Assembly (NCBI GenBank): GCA_051006995.1 | Contig: JBPCSQ010000022.1 | Coordinates: forward strand, 8,047-72,046 | Reading direction: 5' to 3' | DNA: 64,000 bases | Source of the DNA: Terriglobales bacterium | GTDB taxonomy: Bacteria > Acidobacteriota > Terriglobia > Terriglobales > Acidobacteriaceae | Part shown: one piece after another, positions 25,599-35,062 of the stretch | Numbering within the stretch: the first letter of the stretch is position 1 | Layout: the number at the start of each line of letters is the position of its first letter | Notes under the pieces: model-generated | Database searches by the model: none | The model's input: only the letters and a program-made list of their open reading frames with translations | Told to the model about the DNA's origin: nothing | Program-made: the position numbers and the translations under genes

Positions 25599-26795
25599 AT
25601 GATCAGAGGCGAAACCTGGAACACGGCCCTGGACGCGCTGCGCGCCAACAAGGTGAAGGCGGCGCTCACCATGTTCGGCGTGGTCGTAGGCAGCGCCTGC
25701 CTGGTTCTGGTGGTCACTATCGGCCTCAGCGGCAAGCAATACATCCTCCATCAGATCGAAGGCATTGGTTCCAACCTCATCTACGCCAGCCACACCCAGG
25801 CCGGACCTCTCGAGCCGCGCCCGTTAGCCGATGAAATTTCGATCGCCGATTTGCAGGCGGTTCGGCAACTTCCTGGGGTGGTCTACGCAGCGGGGACCTA
25901 CGACACCGTGGTTACCATTTCTCTGGGGAAGGCTGAGCACGCCGTCAGCATCGTCGGAGTAACCAATGATTTCGCAAAGGTTCGGAACCTCGACGTCGTA
26001 AGAGGCCGCTTTCTAGACGATCTCGACATGGATAGCCGCGCCAAGGCGTGCGTCATTTCCGAGCAACTGGCGAAAGTCCTGCCTTATGACAACCCGATCG
26101 GGCAGGTCATCAAAGTCCTCAACCTGAGCCTCACCGTGGTTGGCGTTTTTAAAGAGCGTGTCGCCACCTTCGGCTTTTCCGAGATCACACCGGAAACCCT
26201 CATCGTTCCGTACAGCCTCAGCCGTTTATTCAGTGGCGAGCAGTACATTCGAACGCTCTACGCACAGGCGGAATCGCCTGATGACACGCCCCGGGTCACC
26301 CGCGAGATCCTGAACCTAATGCAGAGCCGCCACCGTCCTGAGGCCGTTTACACTGTGCTGAACCTTGCAGCCATGCTCGGCGCGGCCCGGCGGATTGCCA
26401 ACGCCTTAACCATCGTGCTGCTCGTCATCGGCTCTGTCACCTTGATCATCAGCGGCATCGGCATTATGAACATCATGCTGGTCACCGTGACGGAGCGGAC
26501 GCGCGAGATCGGCGTGCGCATGGCCATCGGTGCGCGTCGCAGCGAGATCGCCTGGCAGTTCCTGCTTGAGGCGTTCATTATCAGCGGCGCCGGCGCGGTA
26601 CTCGGTATTACTCTCGCGGTGGGGATCCCGATCGTGCTGCAACTGGTATTCCTGAAGAATCTCTACCTGCCGATTTCCTGGATTTCCGTGATCGTTTCGC
26701 TGGTGGTGTCGTGCAGCACGGGAATTCTCTTCGGCTTCCTTCCGGCGCGCCGCGCCTCCTTGCTCCAGCCCACCGAAGCTCTGCACTATGAATGA
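25599..26795 (+). CDS. MacB-type ABC transporter permease (MacB periplasmic core domain + FtsX), no ATPase domain
   Basis: 398 aa with the start at MIRGETWNTALDALRANKVKAALTMFGVVVG. The C-terminal FtsX motif is ERTREIGVRMAIGARRSEI. The track ORF carries a 52-codon spurious leader. Confidence 0.82.
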   Translation: MIRGETWNTALDALRANKVKAALTMFGVVVGSACLVLVVTIGLSGKQYILHQIEGIGSNLIYASHTQAGPLEPRPLADEISIADLQAVRQLPGVVYAAGTYDTVVTISLGKAEHAVSIVGVTNDFAKVRNLDVVRGRFLDDLDMDSRAKACVISEQLAKVLPYDNPIGQVIKVLNLSLTVVGVFKERVATFGFSEITPETLIVPYSLSRLFSGEQYIRTLYAQAESPDDTPRVTREILNLMQSRHRPEAVYTVLNLAAMLGAARRIANALTIVLLVIGSVTLIISGIGIMNIMLVTVTERTREIGVRMAIGARRSEIAWQFLLEAFIISGAGAVLGITLAVGIPIVLQLVFLKNLYLPISWISVIVSLVVSCSTGILFGFLPARRASLLQPTEALHYE

Positions 26796-28098
26796 ACGCG
26801 CCATCGATGGCGAAGCAGCGCCGGAGTTGATTCCGCGCGGGCACATCGCGCTCATGGTGCTGGCCGGACTCGTTGCGCGCCTGGCCACGGTCGCGTTTCT
26901 CTATCGCGATCATCTCGATCCGTCGCGACATAACTGGGAATTCGGCTGGGAGATGGGTATGGTGGCGCAGTCGTTAGCCGCAGGTCACGGCTTCGGCTCG
27001 CCTTTTCCCGGAGGGACTACCGGTCCAACGGCGATGCTGCTGCCGGTATATCCAGCGATCCTGGCGGCGGCGCTCAAAATTTTCGGCGGCATCAATACTG
27101 CGGCAGTCGTGGCCGTGATGGCCGTCAACAGTCTGCTCTCGGCGCTGACCGCTGTTCCCGTGTTTCTGCTGGCCCGCCGCGAGTTCGGGACCAGAGTCGC
27201 AATCTGGGCAGGATGGATCTGGGCGTTCTTTCCCTACGGCGTATATCTAGCCGGTGGGCGGGTATGGGATACGCAGGCGATCACACTGCTGCTGGCGTGG
27301 CTGTTGTACTTCACGTACCGCCTTGCCGAGAGCTTTCGGATTTCGCTTTGGCTGCTCTACGGAGTGCTGTGGGGATTGGCTGCGTTGACCAACCCTTCTC
27401 TGCTGGTAGTGCTGCCAGTGTTACTCGGCGTGGTCTGCTACCGCTGGCATCGCAACCGTCAGCCATGGTTCGCACGCGCCGTGATCGTGGCGCTGATATT
27501 GGCGGCGATGGTCACGCCGTGGGAAATTCGCAATTATCGCGTTTTTCACCAATTCATCCCGCTGCGCGACAATTTCTGGATGGAGGTCCGCATTGGCAAC
27601 ACCGGGGACCTCAGCAACATTGATCCTGACTGGACACATCCCTGGTGGCCGGCACGCTTTCAGGAGTTCCAACAATGGGGCGAACTGGGATTCATAGCCG
27701 AATCGCGGCGTCAGGCGGTCGATTTTATCAGTAGATATCCCGGCATGTTCGCGTGGATCACCGCCAAGCACGTGGTCTTCACCTGGACGGGCTTCTGGAG
27801 CCTCGATCCCGCTTATACGCGGGAGGAGCCCATGCAGATCCCCAACGTGATCTTCTGCTCGTTCTGGACAGTGGTGATGATCTTTGGACTGCGCCGGGCT
27901 CGGGCTGTGCACGGCTGGACAGAACTGCTGCCGTACCTCGCCGTCTTGGCGCTGTACCCCGCGCTGTTCTACATTTCCCATCCTACGCTTGAGTACCGCC
28001 ACGTGGTGGACCCGGTGGTGGTGGTGTTTAGCGCGTGCGCGCTGGCAAGGTGGCGAACAAACTCATCGCTGGAAAAAGCGAAGGCGCAGGCCGGATGA
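26788..28098 (+). CDS. GT-C fold membrane glycosyltransferase (family 39 / ArnT-PMT-like)
   Basis: 436 aa with about 10 predicted TM segments and an N-terminal region typical of ArnT-like enzymes. The start overlaps the permease stop by 8 nt. Confidence 0.6.
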   Translation: MNERAIDGEAAPELIPRGHIALMVLAGLVARLATVAFLYRDHLDPSRHNWEFGWEMGMVAQSLAAGHGFGSPFPGGTTGPTAMLLPVYPAILAAALKIFGGINTAAVVAVMAVNSLLSALTAVPVFLLARREFGTRVAIWAGWIWAFFPYGVYLAGGRVWDTQAITLLLAWLLYFTYRLAESFRISLWLLYGVLWGLAALTNPSLLVVLPVLLGVVCYRWHRNRQPWFARAVIVALILAAMVTPWEIRNYRVFHQFIPLRDNFWMEVRIGNTGDLSNIDPDWTHPWWPARFQEFQQWGELGFIAESRRQAVDFISRYPGMFAWITAKHVVFTWTGFWSLDPAYTREEPMQIPNVIFCSFWTVVMIFGLRRARAVHGWTELLPYLAVLALYPALFYISHPTLEYRHVVDPVVVVFSACALARWRTNSSLEKAKAQAG

Positions 28099-28126
28099 CC
28101 TGCGCCGCAGCTTCGGAACTCTAAGC

Positions 28127-29131
28127 TTAGTGCCGGTTCAGCCGGTCCAGCGCCGCCCGCGCCAGGTCGAAATCTTTGGCCAAGGCCAGGGCGGCTTTGT
28201 ACTCTTCGGCTGCGGCAGCGTTATCTCCTTGTTTCTCCAGGATCTCGCCCAACAGATAATGCGCCTGGAATGCCGGGGCCTCTTCCACCGGACCGCGCAG
28301 GTAGTTGCGGATGCATTGCGCGGCGGCTACGAAATTTCGACCCGCCCCGAACAACACCTGCGCTGCGTCGTAGAGAACCGACGGCCGCCGCGTGTTCGCT
28401 TCAATGGCGCGATTGATCGCCCGCTCGACATCATCGGGCCGGTTCTGACGCGCGTAGAACGATGCCAGGTTGAGCCAGTACAAACCTTTGTCGCCGCCGG
28501 CGGTAATGGCTTGCGTGTACAACTGCTCGGCGGAGTCATAGCGCTTTTCTTTCTCGGCCATGCGGCCCCGAAGCCAGAGAGCGCGCGCCCTGTCGCGCTC
28601 CGACAGAAGATCGGCTTGCTGCTGCGCCTTGTTCTTTCCGCCGCCAAGGAACGACGGCGCCTCGATATAAAATTCAGCCAAGTCACTGCGTGCTGCCATG
28701 TTGGAGGCGTCCAGTTGCACAGCACGCTCGAACTCCTGCCGGACCCTCTTCCCTAACTGGGCGGCAGCAACGAATTGCGAGCGCGGCAGGTGGGAAGCTT
28801 TCTCCCCGTAGGCGCGCGCCAGCCACATGTGATAGTCGCTATTGTTGGAATCGAGAGCGACGGCTCTTTCGCCGGCGGCAATGGCGTCGTCCCAGCGCTG
28901 AACAGCAAAATAGCTGCGCGAAAGCAGGTTGTAAGCGCGCGCGTCGCGCGGATCCGACTTCAGATGCACGTCGAGGAGGCGAAGCGCGTCGTCCACGCGC
29001 CCGGCGGAAAGCAAATCGCCGGCGCCCGCGGGGGTCATCGCGGCGGTGCTCGGAGACGTGGAATTGGACGCCGCCCACATCGGGGTCAGCGCCAGCGCCA
29101 CAACCACGAGGACCGTCGCCTTGCGCATCAT
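28127..29131 (-). CDS. Secreted TPR-repeat protein
   Basis: It has the signal peptide MMRKATVLVVVALALTPMWA followed by TPR repeats. The ATG overlaps the adaptor gene stop (ATGA). Confidence 0.7.
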   Translation of the reverse strand: MMRKATVLVVVALALTPMWAASNSTSPSTAAMTPAGAGDLLSAGRVDDALRLLDVHLKSDPRDARAYNLLSRSYFAVQRWDDAIAAGERAVALDSNNSDYHMWLARAYGEKASHLPRSQFVAAAQLGKRVRQEFERAVQLDASNMAARSDLAEFYIEAPSFLGGGKNKAQQQADLLSERDRARALWLRGRMAEKEKRYDSAEQLYTQAITAGGDKGLYWLNLASFYARQNRPDDVERAINRAIEANTRRPSVLYDAAQVLFGAGRNFVAAAQCIRNYLRGPVEEAPAFQAHYLLGEILEKQGDNAAAAEEYKAALALAKDFDLARAALDRLNRH

Positions 29132-30381
29132 TGCTCCACCACGTGTACCGACATGCCGGGCTTGAGCGGCTGCTGGGTTTCGGCACGCAGCGCCACCACC
29201 GCCTTGTCGGACAGTCCCTTGGTCACTTCAATCTGTGTCAGGTTGGAGACCGAAGTCTCGACATCCTGACGCTTCAGTTCGCCGTCCGCGATCTGCAACA
29301 CGAATTGGCGGCCGTCGTCCTGGTGAATCGCCTCGCGCGGGACGGTCAGCGCGTTGGGGTGCTCCGCCGTGACGATTACTAGATTAACGTTCACATTGGG
29401 CAAAAGTTTCTCGCCTGGGTTCGATACCATACACGTGAACTCGCCCACATTGCGAGTGCCGAGGGTAACCACGGTAGTCGGTACGCGAGTCACCTGGCCT
29501 TGCCAGGTCTGTCCCGGGACGGCATCCCAGCTCACTCGAATCGGCTCTCCGGGACGCAGGCGTCCGATATCGGGCTCATCTACGAATGCTCGCAATTGCA
29601 CTTGGGACAAATCCGCCACCTGCACCAGCAGGTCGCCGGTCTGAACGAACTGACCGGGACGAACCGGCAGCGAGTACACCTTGCCATCCCGTGGAGCTGT
29701 CACATTGGATTGTTTCAGCAACTGCTGGGCTGCGGTATATGCGGCCTGGGCCTCCTGCTCCCTCGCCTGGACCCGTGCCACATCCGGCGGGGCATAGCGC
29801 GATCCCAACTTTTGCTGGAGCAGGGAAACCTGCGCCTGCGCCGTGCTCAGGCGGTTTTCGGCATCGGAGACTTCCCCCTGGGAGGCGGCCCCCCGCTGCT
29901 GCAGGGCCTTCACGGCCTCGAGATTACGTTGAGCCGCATTCCGCTCGGTGGCGGCGGTGGAAAGCTGCGCCTGGGTGGTGAGGACCTCTTCGCGTGTCCC
30001 ACCGTGTTGTACGGTATGGAGGTCAGCTTCCGCAGCCTTCACCTGGGCCAGAGCTTTGGCGGCCTGGCTGCGCGCATCGGCGGCATCCAGCTCCAGCAGC
30101 AGTTGGCCGGCTCTGACGTGATCGCCTTCGCGCACCAACACCCGCTTGACCGTGGTGGCCGACGGGGCGTGCGCCTCAAAGTTGTTGATGGGTTCGATCT
30201 TGCCGTTGGTTTGGATGGTAGCGGTTATGGTCTGGCGCTCTGCCTTGGCCGCCCGAACGGGGATTTCGCTCCGGCGCGACACAAACGCCCCGAAGATGAT
30301 TACCGCCACCACGATGGCGGCGAGAATCCACCACAGCCGCCGGGCTCCGGCGCTGCCTTGTTCATTTTGCTGGCGTGCCAT
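29128..30381 (-). CDS. Efflux periplasmic adaptor (HlyD/MacA family)
   Basis: It has an N-terminal TM anchor, a long coiled-coil hairpin (AAEADL...LSTAQAQVSLLQQKL), a lipoyl-like domain and beta-barrel domains. Confidence 0.85.
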   Translation of the reverse strand: MARQQNEQGSAGARRLWWILAAIVVAVIIFGAFVSRRSEIPVRAAKAERQTITATIQTNGKIEPINNFEAHAPSATTVKRVLVREGDHVRAGQLLLELDAADARSQAAKALAQVKAAEADLHTVQHGGTREEVLTTQAQLSTAATERNAAQRNLEAVKALQQRGAASQGEVSDAENRLSTAQAQVSLLQQKLGSRYAPPDVARVQAREQEAQAAYTAAQQLLKQSNVTAPRDGKVYSLPVRPGQFVQTGDLLVQVADLSQVQLRAFVDEPDIGRLRPGEPIRVSWDAVPGQTWQGQVTRVPTTVVTLGTRNVGEFTCMVSNPGEKLLPNVNVNLVIVTAEHPNALTVPREAIHQDDGRQFVLQIADGELKRQDVETSVSNLTQIEVTKGLSDKAVVALRAETQQPLKPGMSVHVVEQ

Positions 30382-30481
30382 TTCTAACGTTATGAGTATA
30401 ACTTAGCTATAACCCCGCCCGGGTCCTGATGTTTCCGTCTAGAACACTGCTGGACAACAGCTTGTGCCGTTCAGGATAGTG

Positions 30482-30493
30482 AGCTGTACAGCT
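30482..30493. promoter_or_regulatory. Perfect 12-bp palindrome AGCTGTACAGCT (candidate operator)
   Basis: It lies in the 244-bp divergent region between macA-like (-) and yihY (+). A second CTGTACA is at 30554-30560 and GGCTGTcgttACAGCC is at 30577-30592. Confidence 0.4.
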
Positions 30494-30625
30494 GATTTCG
30501 ATGCTCCTGCCGGGTGCGATGATTCCGGCGCCACCGAGCCTATCGGCATCCAACTGTACAAGAATGCCAGGGCCAGGGCTGTCGTTACAGCCGATCCCAT
30601 ACTGCCGTTTTGAGGGAGGAGCACA

Positions 30626-31606
30626 GTGAGACGGGTATTCGCCCAGATTACCGATTTCGCCCGCAAGACGGGAGACGTGTTCCGCAAGGTGTACGTGGAC
30701 CTGGCCGACAACCACACCATGGCGATGGCGGCGGGACTGTCGTACTACTTCGTCATGTCGTTGTTTCCGCTGCTGATCGTGGCGGCAGCCGTGCTCGCCT
30801 ACCTGCCCATACCAGATATATTCGACCGCATCATCGGCGCGATGGCCACCGTGATTCCACCCGACAGCATGGGTTTGGTGCGAGCGGTGTTGAAGGACGT
30901 GATCAGCCCCAACAAAGGGGGATTCCTGACGTTTGGCATCCTGGGCACTTTGTGGGCCGCCAGTGGCGGGTTCACCAGCCTTATCGAGGCTCTCAATGTT
31001 GCCTACAACGTTCCAGAAACACGTCCCATGTGGAAGACGCGTCTGTTGGCGCTGCAGTTGATGTTCGTCACCGGCACACTGATGGTGATGGGTGTGATGG
31101 TGATGTGGGCGGGCCCTCAATTCGGTCCCTGGCTGGCCGCAAAAATGGATCTCAGCAGGCTCTTCGCCGAGGTCTGGCCAGTGCTGCGCTGGGTGCTGGC
31201 GCTCGGTTTCTTGGTGCTCGGAGTGGAGCTGCTCTTTTACTGGGCGCCGAACGTCAAACAGCGCTTTTTCGCCACGCTGCCCGGTGCCACCATGGGCGTC
31301 GGTTTTTGGATCGGGACGTCCTATCTGCTGGGCATCTACTTCCGCAATTTCGCCAATTACAACAAGACCTACGGCGCGCTCGCTGGCGCGATTGCGCTGA
31401 TGGCGTGGCTGTACTACAGCTGGCTGGTGATCCTGGTAGGCGCCGAATTCAATTCCGAGCTGCTCAAGATCAGCGGCCACGGCGCCCTGCCGCTGAAGCA
31501 GCCGCCGCCCCATGCCATCCGCGTCCGTCCTCCCTGGGAGGTCGACTTGCGCACCACCGAACAGAAGGCCAAGGACAGCGGCAAATCCACCGATATCGCG
31601 GCCTGA
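30626..31606 (+). CDS. YihY/BrkB family membrane protein
   Basis: The N-terminus HTMAMAAGLSYYFVMSLFPLLIV is typical of YihY. There are about 6 TM segments. The start is GTG, with GAGGGAGGA upstream. Confidence 0.8.
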   Translation: MRRVFAQITDFARKTGDVFRKVYVDLADNHTMAMAAGLSYYFVMSLFPLLIVAAAVLAYLPIPDIFDRIIGAMATVIPPDSMGLVRAVLKDVISPNKGGFLTFGILGTLWAASGGFTSLIEALNVAYNVPETRPMWKTRLLALQLMFVTGTLMVMGVMVMWAGPQFGPWLAAKMDLSRLFAEVWPVLRWVLALGFLVLGVELLFYWAPNVKQRFFATLPGATMGVGFWIGTSYLLGIYFRNFANYNKTYGALAGAIALMAWLYYSWLVILVGAEFNSELLKISGHGALPLKQPPPHAIRVRPPWEVDLRTTEQKAKDSGKSTDIAA

Positions 31607-31633
31607 CGCCGCTCGGCAGCTATAATTGCCGCG

Positions 31634-32044
31634 ATGCCACGCCAGCAACCACGCTATACGCCGGAACACGCGCGCTCCGGCCTGAGTGCGAAGTTTCCCG
31701 ACATCGAAACCTGGCCGAATCAGTTTTCGAGTTACGAAATTGTCGTGGATATTCCGGAATTCACTTCCGTCTGTCCGAAGACCGGGCTGCCGGATTTTGG
31801 CGTGCTCACCATCCGTTACATGCCCGACAAACGCTGCCTGGAACTGAAGTCGCTCAAGGAATACCTGCTCGGCTACCGCAACCTCGGCATCTTCCAGGAG
31901 AACATCGTAAACCGCGTGCTCGAAGATGTGGTGCGCGCGGCCAAGCCGTTGTGGGCCGAAGTGAAGGGCACGTTCCATCCGCGGGGCGGTATCGGTACCG
32001 TGGTCGAGGCGCGCTGGCCGCGCCGTCCCCTCCGTCGCGGATGA
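31634..32044 (+). CDS. queF: NADPH-dependent 7-cyano-7-deazaguanine (preQ0) reductase, unimodular type
   Basis: It has EFTSVCPKTGLPDF (catalytic Cys) and the QueF motif SLKEYL..YRN..IFQE. Length is 136 aa. Confidence 0.9.
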   Translation: MPRQQPRYTPEHARSGLSAKFPDIETWPNQFSSYEIVVDIPEFTSVCPKTGLPDFGVLTIRYMPDKRCLELKSLKEYLLGYRNLGIFQENIVNRVLEDVVRAAKPLWAEVKGTFHPRGGIGTVVEARWPRRPLRRG

Positions 32045-32093
32045 AAGCTCCATGACGTGCCCCGCTCTGCTCTGCTAAACTTCCCGCCCATTC

Positions 32094-33326
32094 ATGCCGA
32101 CTCGCCAGTATCCGCGCGCCGCGCTGATTACGCTGACGGCCCTCAATCTCTTCAACTACATTGATCGCTACGTGCTGTTCGCCGTCCAGCCGCTCATCCA
32201 GCACGAATTTCACGTTAACGACATCGCCATCGGATTCCTGACCACCGCTTTTTTCTGGTGCTACATGGGAGTTGCGCCGTTCGTCGGTGTGCTCGGCGAC
32301 CGCTATCCGCGCAAGTGGATCATCGTGGGTGGAGCGCTGGTGTGGAGCGCGGCCACGCTGCTTACGGCGGTGACCTTCGACTTCCGCACTCTGCTCATCC
32401 GGCATGTGATTGTCGGCATCGGCGAGGCCAGCTTCGGGATCGTTGCCCCGGGATTCATTTCCGACCTCTATTCCGAGGAACGGCGCGGCCGTGTCATGTC
32501 CATTCTCTACCTGGCGCAACCGGTGGGCAGCGCGCTCGGCTACATGATTGGCGGCCAACTGGGACAGCTTTATGGCTGGCGCGCCCCCTTCTACGTTGCC
32601 GCTGCGCCCGGATTTGTGCTCGCCTTGTGTTTTGTTTTTCTGCCCGAACCGCCGCGCGGCAACGCCGACCGGCTGCGGGAGACACACGAGCGCGGCACCG
32701 TTCGCGGCCTGTTCCACAATCGCGCCTTCTGGACGGCGACGCTGGCCATGGCGCTGGTCACGTTTGCCCTGGGCGGCATGTCGGTATGGATGCCGACCTT
32801 CCTGCACCGCATGCGTGGTATTCCGTTGGGAAGAGCCGGCGTGATCTTCGGCGGCATCACGGCGGTCACCGGGGTTTTCGGCACCCTGACCGGCGGCTGG
32901 ATCGGCGACCGCCTGCTGCGGCGCACTCCAGCCGCGCATTACCTGATCGCCAGCTTTACGCTGGTGCTCGCCGCCCCGGCCATGGTGGTGGCCATCTTCA
33001 CCGGCGGACGCTACATGTTTCCCGCGATGTTCGTAGCCGCTTTCCTGCTGTTCATGAATACCGGCCCGCTGAATGCGGCCGTAGTGACCTCGGTTGGCGC
33101 ACATATCCGCGCCACTGCCGTCGCCGTGAACATCTTCACCATCCACCTGCTCGGCGACAGCTTCTCGCCACAGCTCATGGGCTACATTTCCGCGCGCAGC
33201 TCGCTGGACAAGGCCTTTATTGCCGCTTTCTTCGCGATCTTCGGCGCGGCGGTAGTCCTGTTCTACGGCAGGCGCTATGCGCCTCGACTCGCTATCGGGC
33301 AGCAATCCGGCGGCACGGCCTCGTGA
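32094..33326 (+). CDS. MFS transporter, Spinster-like subfamily
   Basis: It has LNLFNYIDRYVLFAVQPLIQHEF...GVLGDRYPRKWII and 12 predicted TM segments. Confidence 0.78.
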   Translation: MPTRQYPRAALITLTALNLFNYIDRYVLFAVQPLIQHEFHVNDIAIGFLTTAFFWCYMGVAPFVGVLGDRYPRKWIIVGGALVWSAATLLTAVTFDFRTLLIRHVIVGIGEASFGIVAPGFISDLYSEERRGRVMSILYLAQPVGSALGYMIGGQLGQLYGWRAPFYVAAAPGFVLALCFVFLPEPPRGNADRLRETHERGTVRGLFHNRAFWTATLAMALVTFALGGMSVWMPTFLHRMRGIPLGRAGVIFGGITAVTGVFGTLTGGWIGDRLLRRTPAAHYLIASFTLVLAAPAMVVAIFTGGRYMFPAMFVAAFLLFMNTGPLNAAVVTSVGAHIRATAVAVNIFTIHLLGDSFSPQLMGYISARSSLDKAFIAAFFAIFGAAVVLFYGRRYAPRLAIGQQSGGTAS

Positions 33327-34486
33327 GCGCGTTTCTGTGGTGGATTGCCGGTGTGATGCTGGCGTGGGTCTGGATCGGCCGCTTCCTGGATGCGCTCGGC
33401 ATGCGGAAGATCCCCGACATCGCGCTGCCGGACTGGGATTGCATGCCCCAGCCGGCGCCATCCCTCAGCATCATCGTTCCCGCCCGCAACGAGCAGACAA
33501 AGGTGGAAGCAGCGCTGACCTCTCTGTTGCGGCTGGAGTATCCCGACTGCGAGATTCTCGCCGTTGATGATCGTTCCAGCGACGCCACGGGAGAGATCAT
33601 GGACCGAATCGCCTCGGCGCACCCGGCAAGTCCCGCCCTGAAAGTTCTGCATGTTCGTGACCTGCCTCCAGGCTGGCTCGGCAAGCCGCACGCCATGTGG
33701 ACCGCGGCCCAGCAGGCTCGCGGCGAATGGCTACTGTTCACCGATGCAGACGTGACCTTCCGTCCCGATTCATTGCGGCGCGCACTCGCCCACGCGGAAG
33801 CCGTGGGCGCCGATCACCTTGTCGTGTTTCCCACGCATCAGCTGCGCAGCCTTGGTGAGAAGATCATGATGGCCGGATTTCAAATGCCGTTCGTGTTTGG
33901 CCACCGTCCGTGGAGAGTGCACGATCCGAAGGCCAAAGATTTCATCGGCCTTGGCGCATTCAACCTCATCCGTCGGGAGGCTTACGAAGCGGTCGGTACG
34001 TTCAAGGTCCTCCGCATGGAAGTGGTGGACGACATGAAGCTGGGAAAGCTCGTGAAGCTGCACGGCTGGCGGCAGCGAAATGTTTTCGGCTCGGAACTCC
34101 TGGAACTACATTGGGGAAGCGGGGCGCGCGGGCTCATTGCCAACCTTACCAAGAACATGTTTGCCGTCCTTGAGTTCAGGCCGTGGAAAACGTTCGGAGC
34201 CGCTACCCTCTGGCTGTTCCTCAATTTCATGCCGGTGCTCGGCGTTTGCCTGGCAGACGGATGGGCGAGAATTCCATACGCCGCCGCATTAGGGGCAATT
34301 TTTCTTCTCTACGTCGGCATGTCGCGCCGCACAGTGCCGGTGTGGGCGTTCTTCGTCTATCCCCTGAGCGCGGCGCTGATCGTCTTCACGTTATTGCGCT
34401 CAATGGCGCACACCCTGCGCCATCGCGGCATCATCTGGCGCGACACGCACTACAGCCTCGAGGAGTTACGAAAAGGTTTAATGTAA
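33323..34486 (+). CDS. Family 2 glycosyltransferase with flanking TM segments (HpnB/HpnI-like)
   Basis: The GT-A core is LSIIVPARNEQ...ILAVDDRSSDATG...LLFTDADV. It has N- and C-terminal TM helices. The GTG at 33323 overlaps the MFS stop (GTGA). I cannot separate HpnB from HpnI by eye. Confidence 0.7.
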   Translation: MSAFLWWIAGVMLAWVWIGRFLDALGMRKIPDIALPDWDCMPQPAPSLSIIVPARNEQTKVEAALTSLLRLEYPDCEILAVDDRSSDATGEIMDRIASAHPASPALKVLHVRDLPPGWLGKPHAMWTAAQQARGEWLLFTDADVTFRPDSLRRALAHAEAVGADHLVVFPTHQLRSLGEKIMMAGFQMPFVFGHRPWRVHDPKAKDFIGLGAFNLIRREAYEAVGTFKVLRMEVVDDMKLGKLVKLHGWRQRNVFGSELLELHWGSGARGLIANLTKNMFAVLEFRPWKTFGAATLWLFLNFMPVLGVCLADGWARIPYAAALGAIFLLYVGMSRRTVPVWAFFVYPLSAALIVFTLLRSMAHTLRHRGIIWRDTHYSLEELRKGLM

Positions 34487-34502
34487 GCGGGTTCGAAACG
34501 GG

Positions 34503-34919
34503 CTAGTGTTTCGGCGCGGTCGCCCCGAATTTGCCCTTCTTCTCGACGTCGTAATCTTTCGGAACCGGAGGAAGCTTGGCGTGCTCGCCTTTCAGTTGCC
34601 GGGCGTCACGCAGCACGATTTCTGCCTGGCCTCGCCATAGCTGGATTTTCCCGTAAATCTCAATGCTCTGGCCCTCGAGCGCGCGGACGTCGCCCACATT
34701 CTTCAAGCTGCTGGGAAACACGACCACCGTGAATGGGCACTTGCGGTAGTTATCGCAAAAATTCAGGAAGAAAGTCCCGCTCTTGCTTTGACCAACGTTG
34801 ATGACCTTGCCGGTTACGCAGGTTTGTTCGCCAACCTTGTCAGGAGCTTGTTCAAAGGGAATGCAAGCCGCCGCCGCTGGGGGGGAGCAGAGAATTAGAA
34901 GTGTGAGCAGCAGCCTCAT
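34503..34919 (-). CDS. Small secreted hypothetical protein (possible OB-fold)
   Basis: 138 aa with the signal peptide MRLLLTLLILCSPPAAAAC. The pattern VTGKVINVGQSKSGTFFLNF...EIYGKIQLWRGQAEIVL looks beta-rich. Confidence 0.45.
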   Translation of the reverse strand: MRLLLTLLILCSPPAAAACIPFEQAPDKVGEQTCVTGKVINVGQSKSGTFFLNFCDNYRKCPFTVVVFPSSLKNVGDVRALEGQSIEIYGKIQLWRGQAEIVLRDARQLKGEHAKLPPVPKDYDVEKKGKFGATAPKH

Positions 34920-35028
34920 GGCGAGCGCAATTATCCCGCGTCGCCTCGAGCAGGTGGACGGAAAAGAGCTTGCGAGGCACGCGGCGCGTGCCCCTGGGTT
35001 CCAAAACGAAAAATTGGGGAAATCAGTA

Positions 35029-35055
35029 GGGAAGCGCGGCCGAGGCCGCGCTCCC
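35029..35055 (-). terminator. Possible terminator hairpin downstream of STAS gene
   Basis: GGGAGCGCGGCC-tc-GGCCGCGCTTCCC on the minus strand (one bulge). The T-rich tract follows only after 8 nt, so this is weak. Confidence 0.3.
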
Positions 35056-35062
35056 GGGTGGA

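Noticed and set aside
31607-31633. Possible preQ1 riboswitch upstream of queF
   Set aside because: Only 27 nt separate yihY from queF, which is too short. The region also lacks the conserved preQ1-I core.
30407-33461. 548-aa and 535-aa ORFs on the - strand
   Set aside because: They are antisense to yihY, queF and the MFS gene, all of which have clear family motifs. Their composition is Arg/His/Gly-rich and low in complexity.
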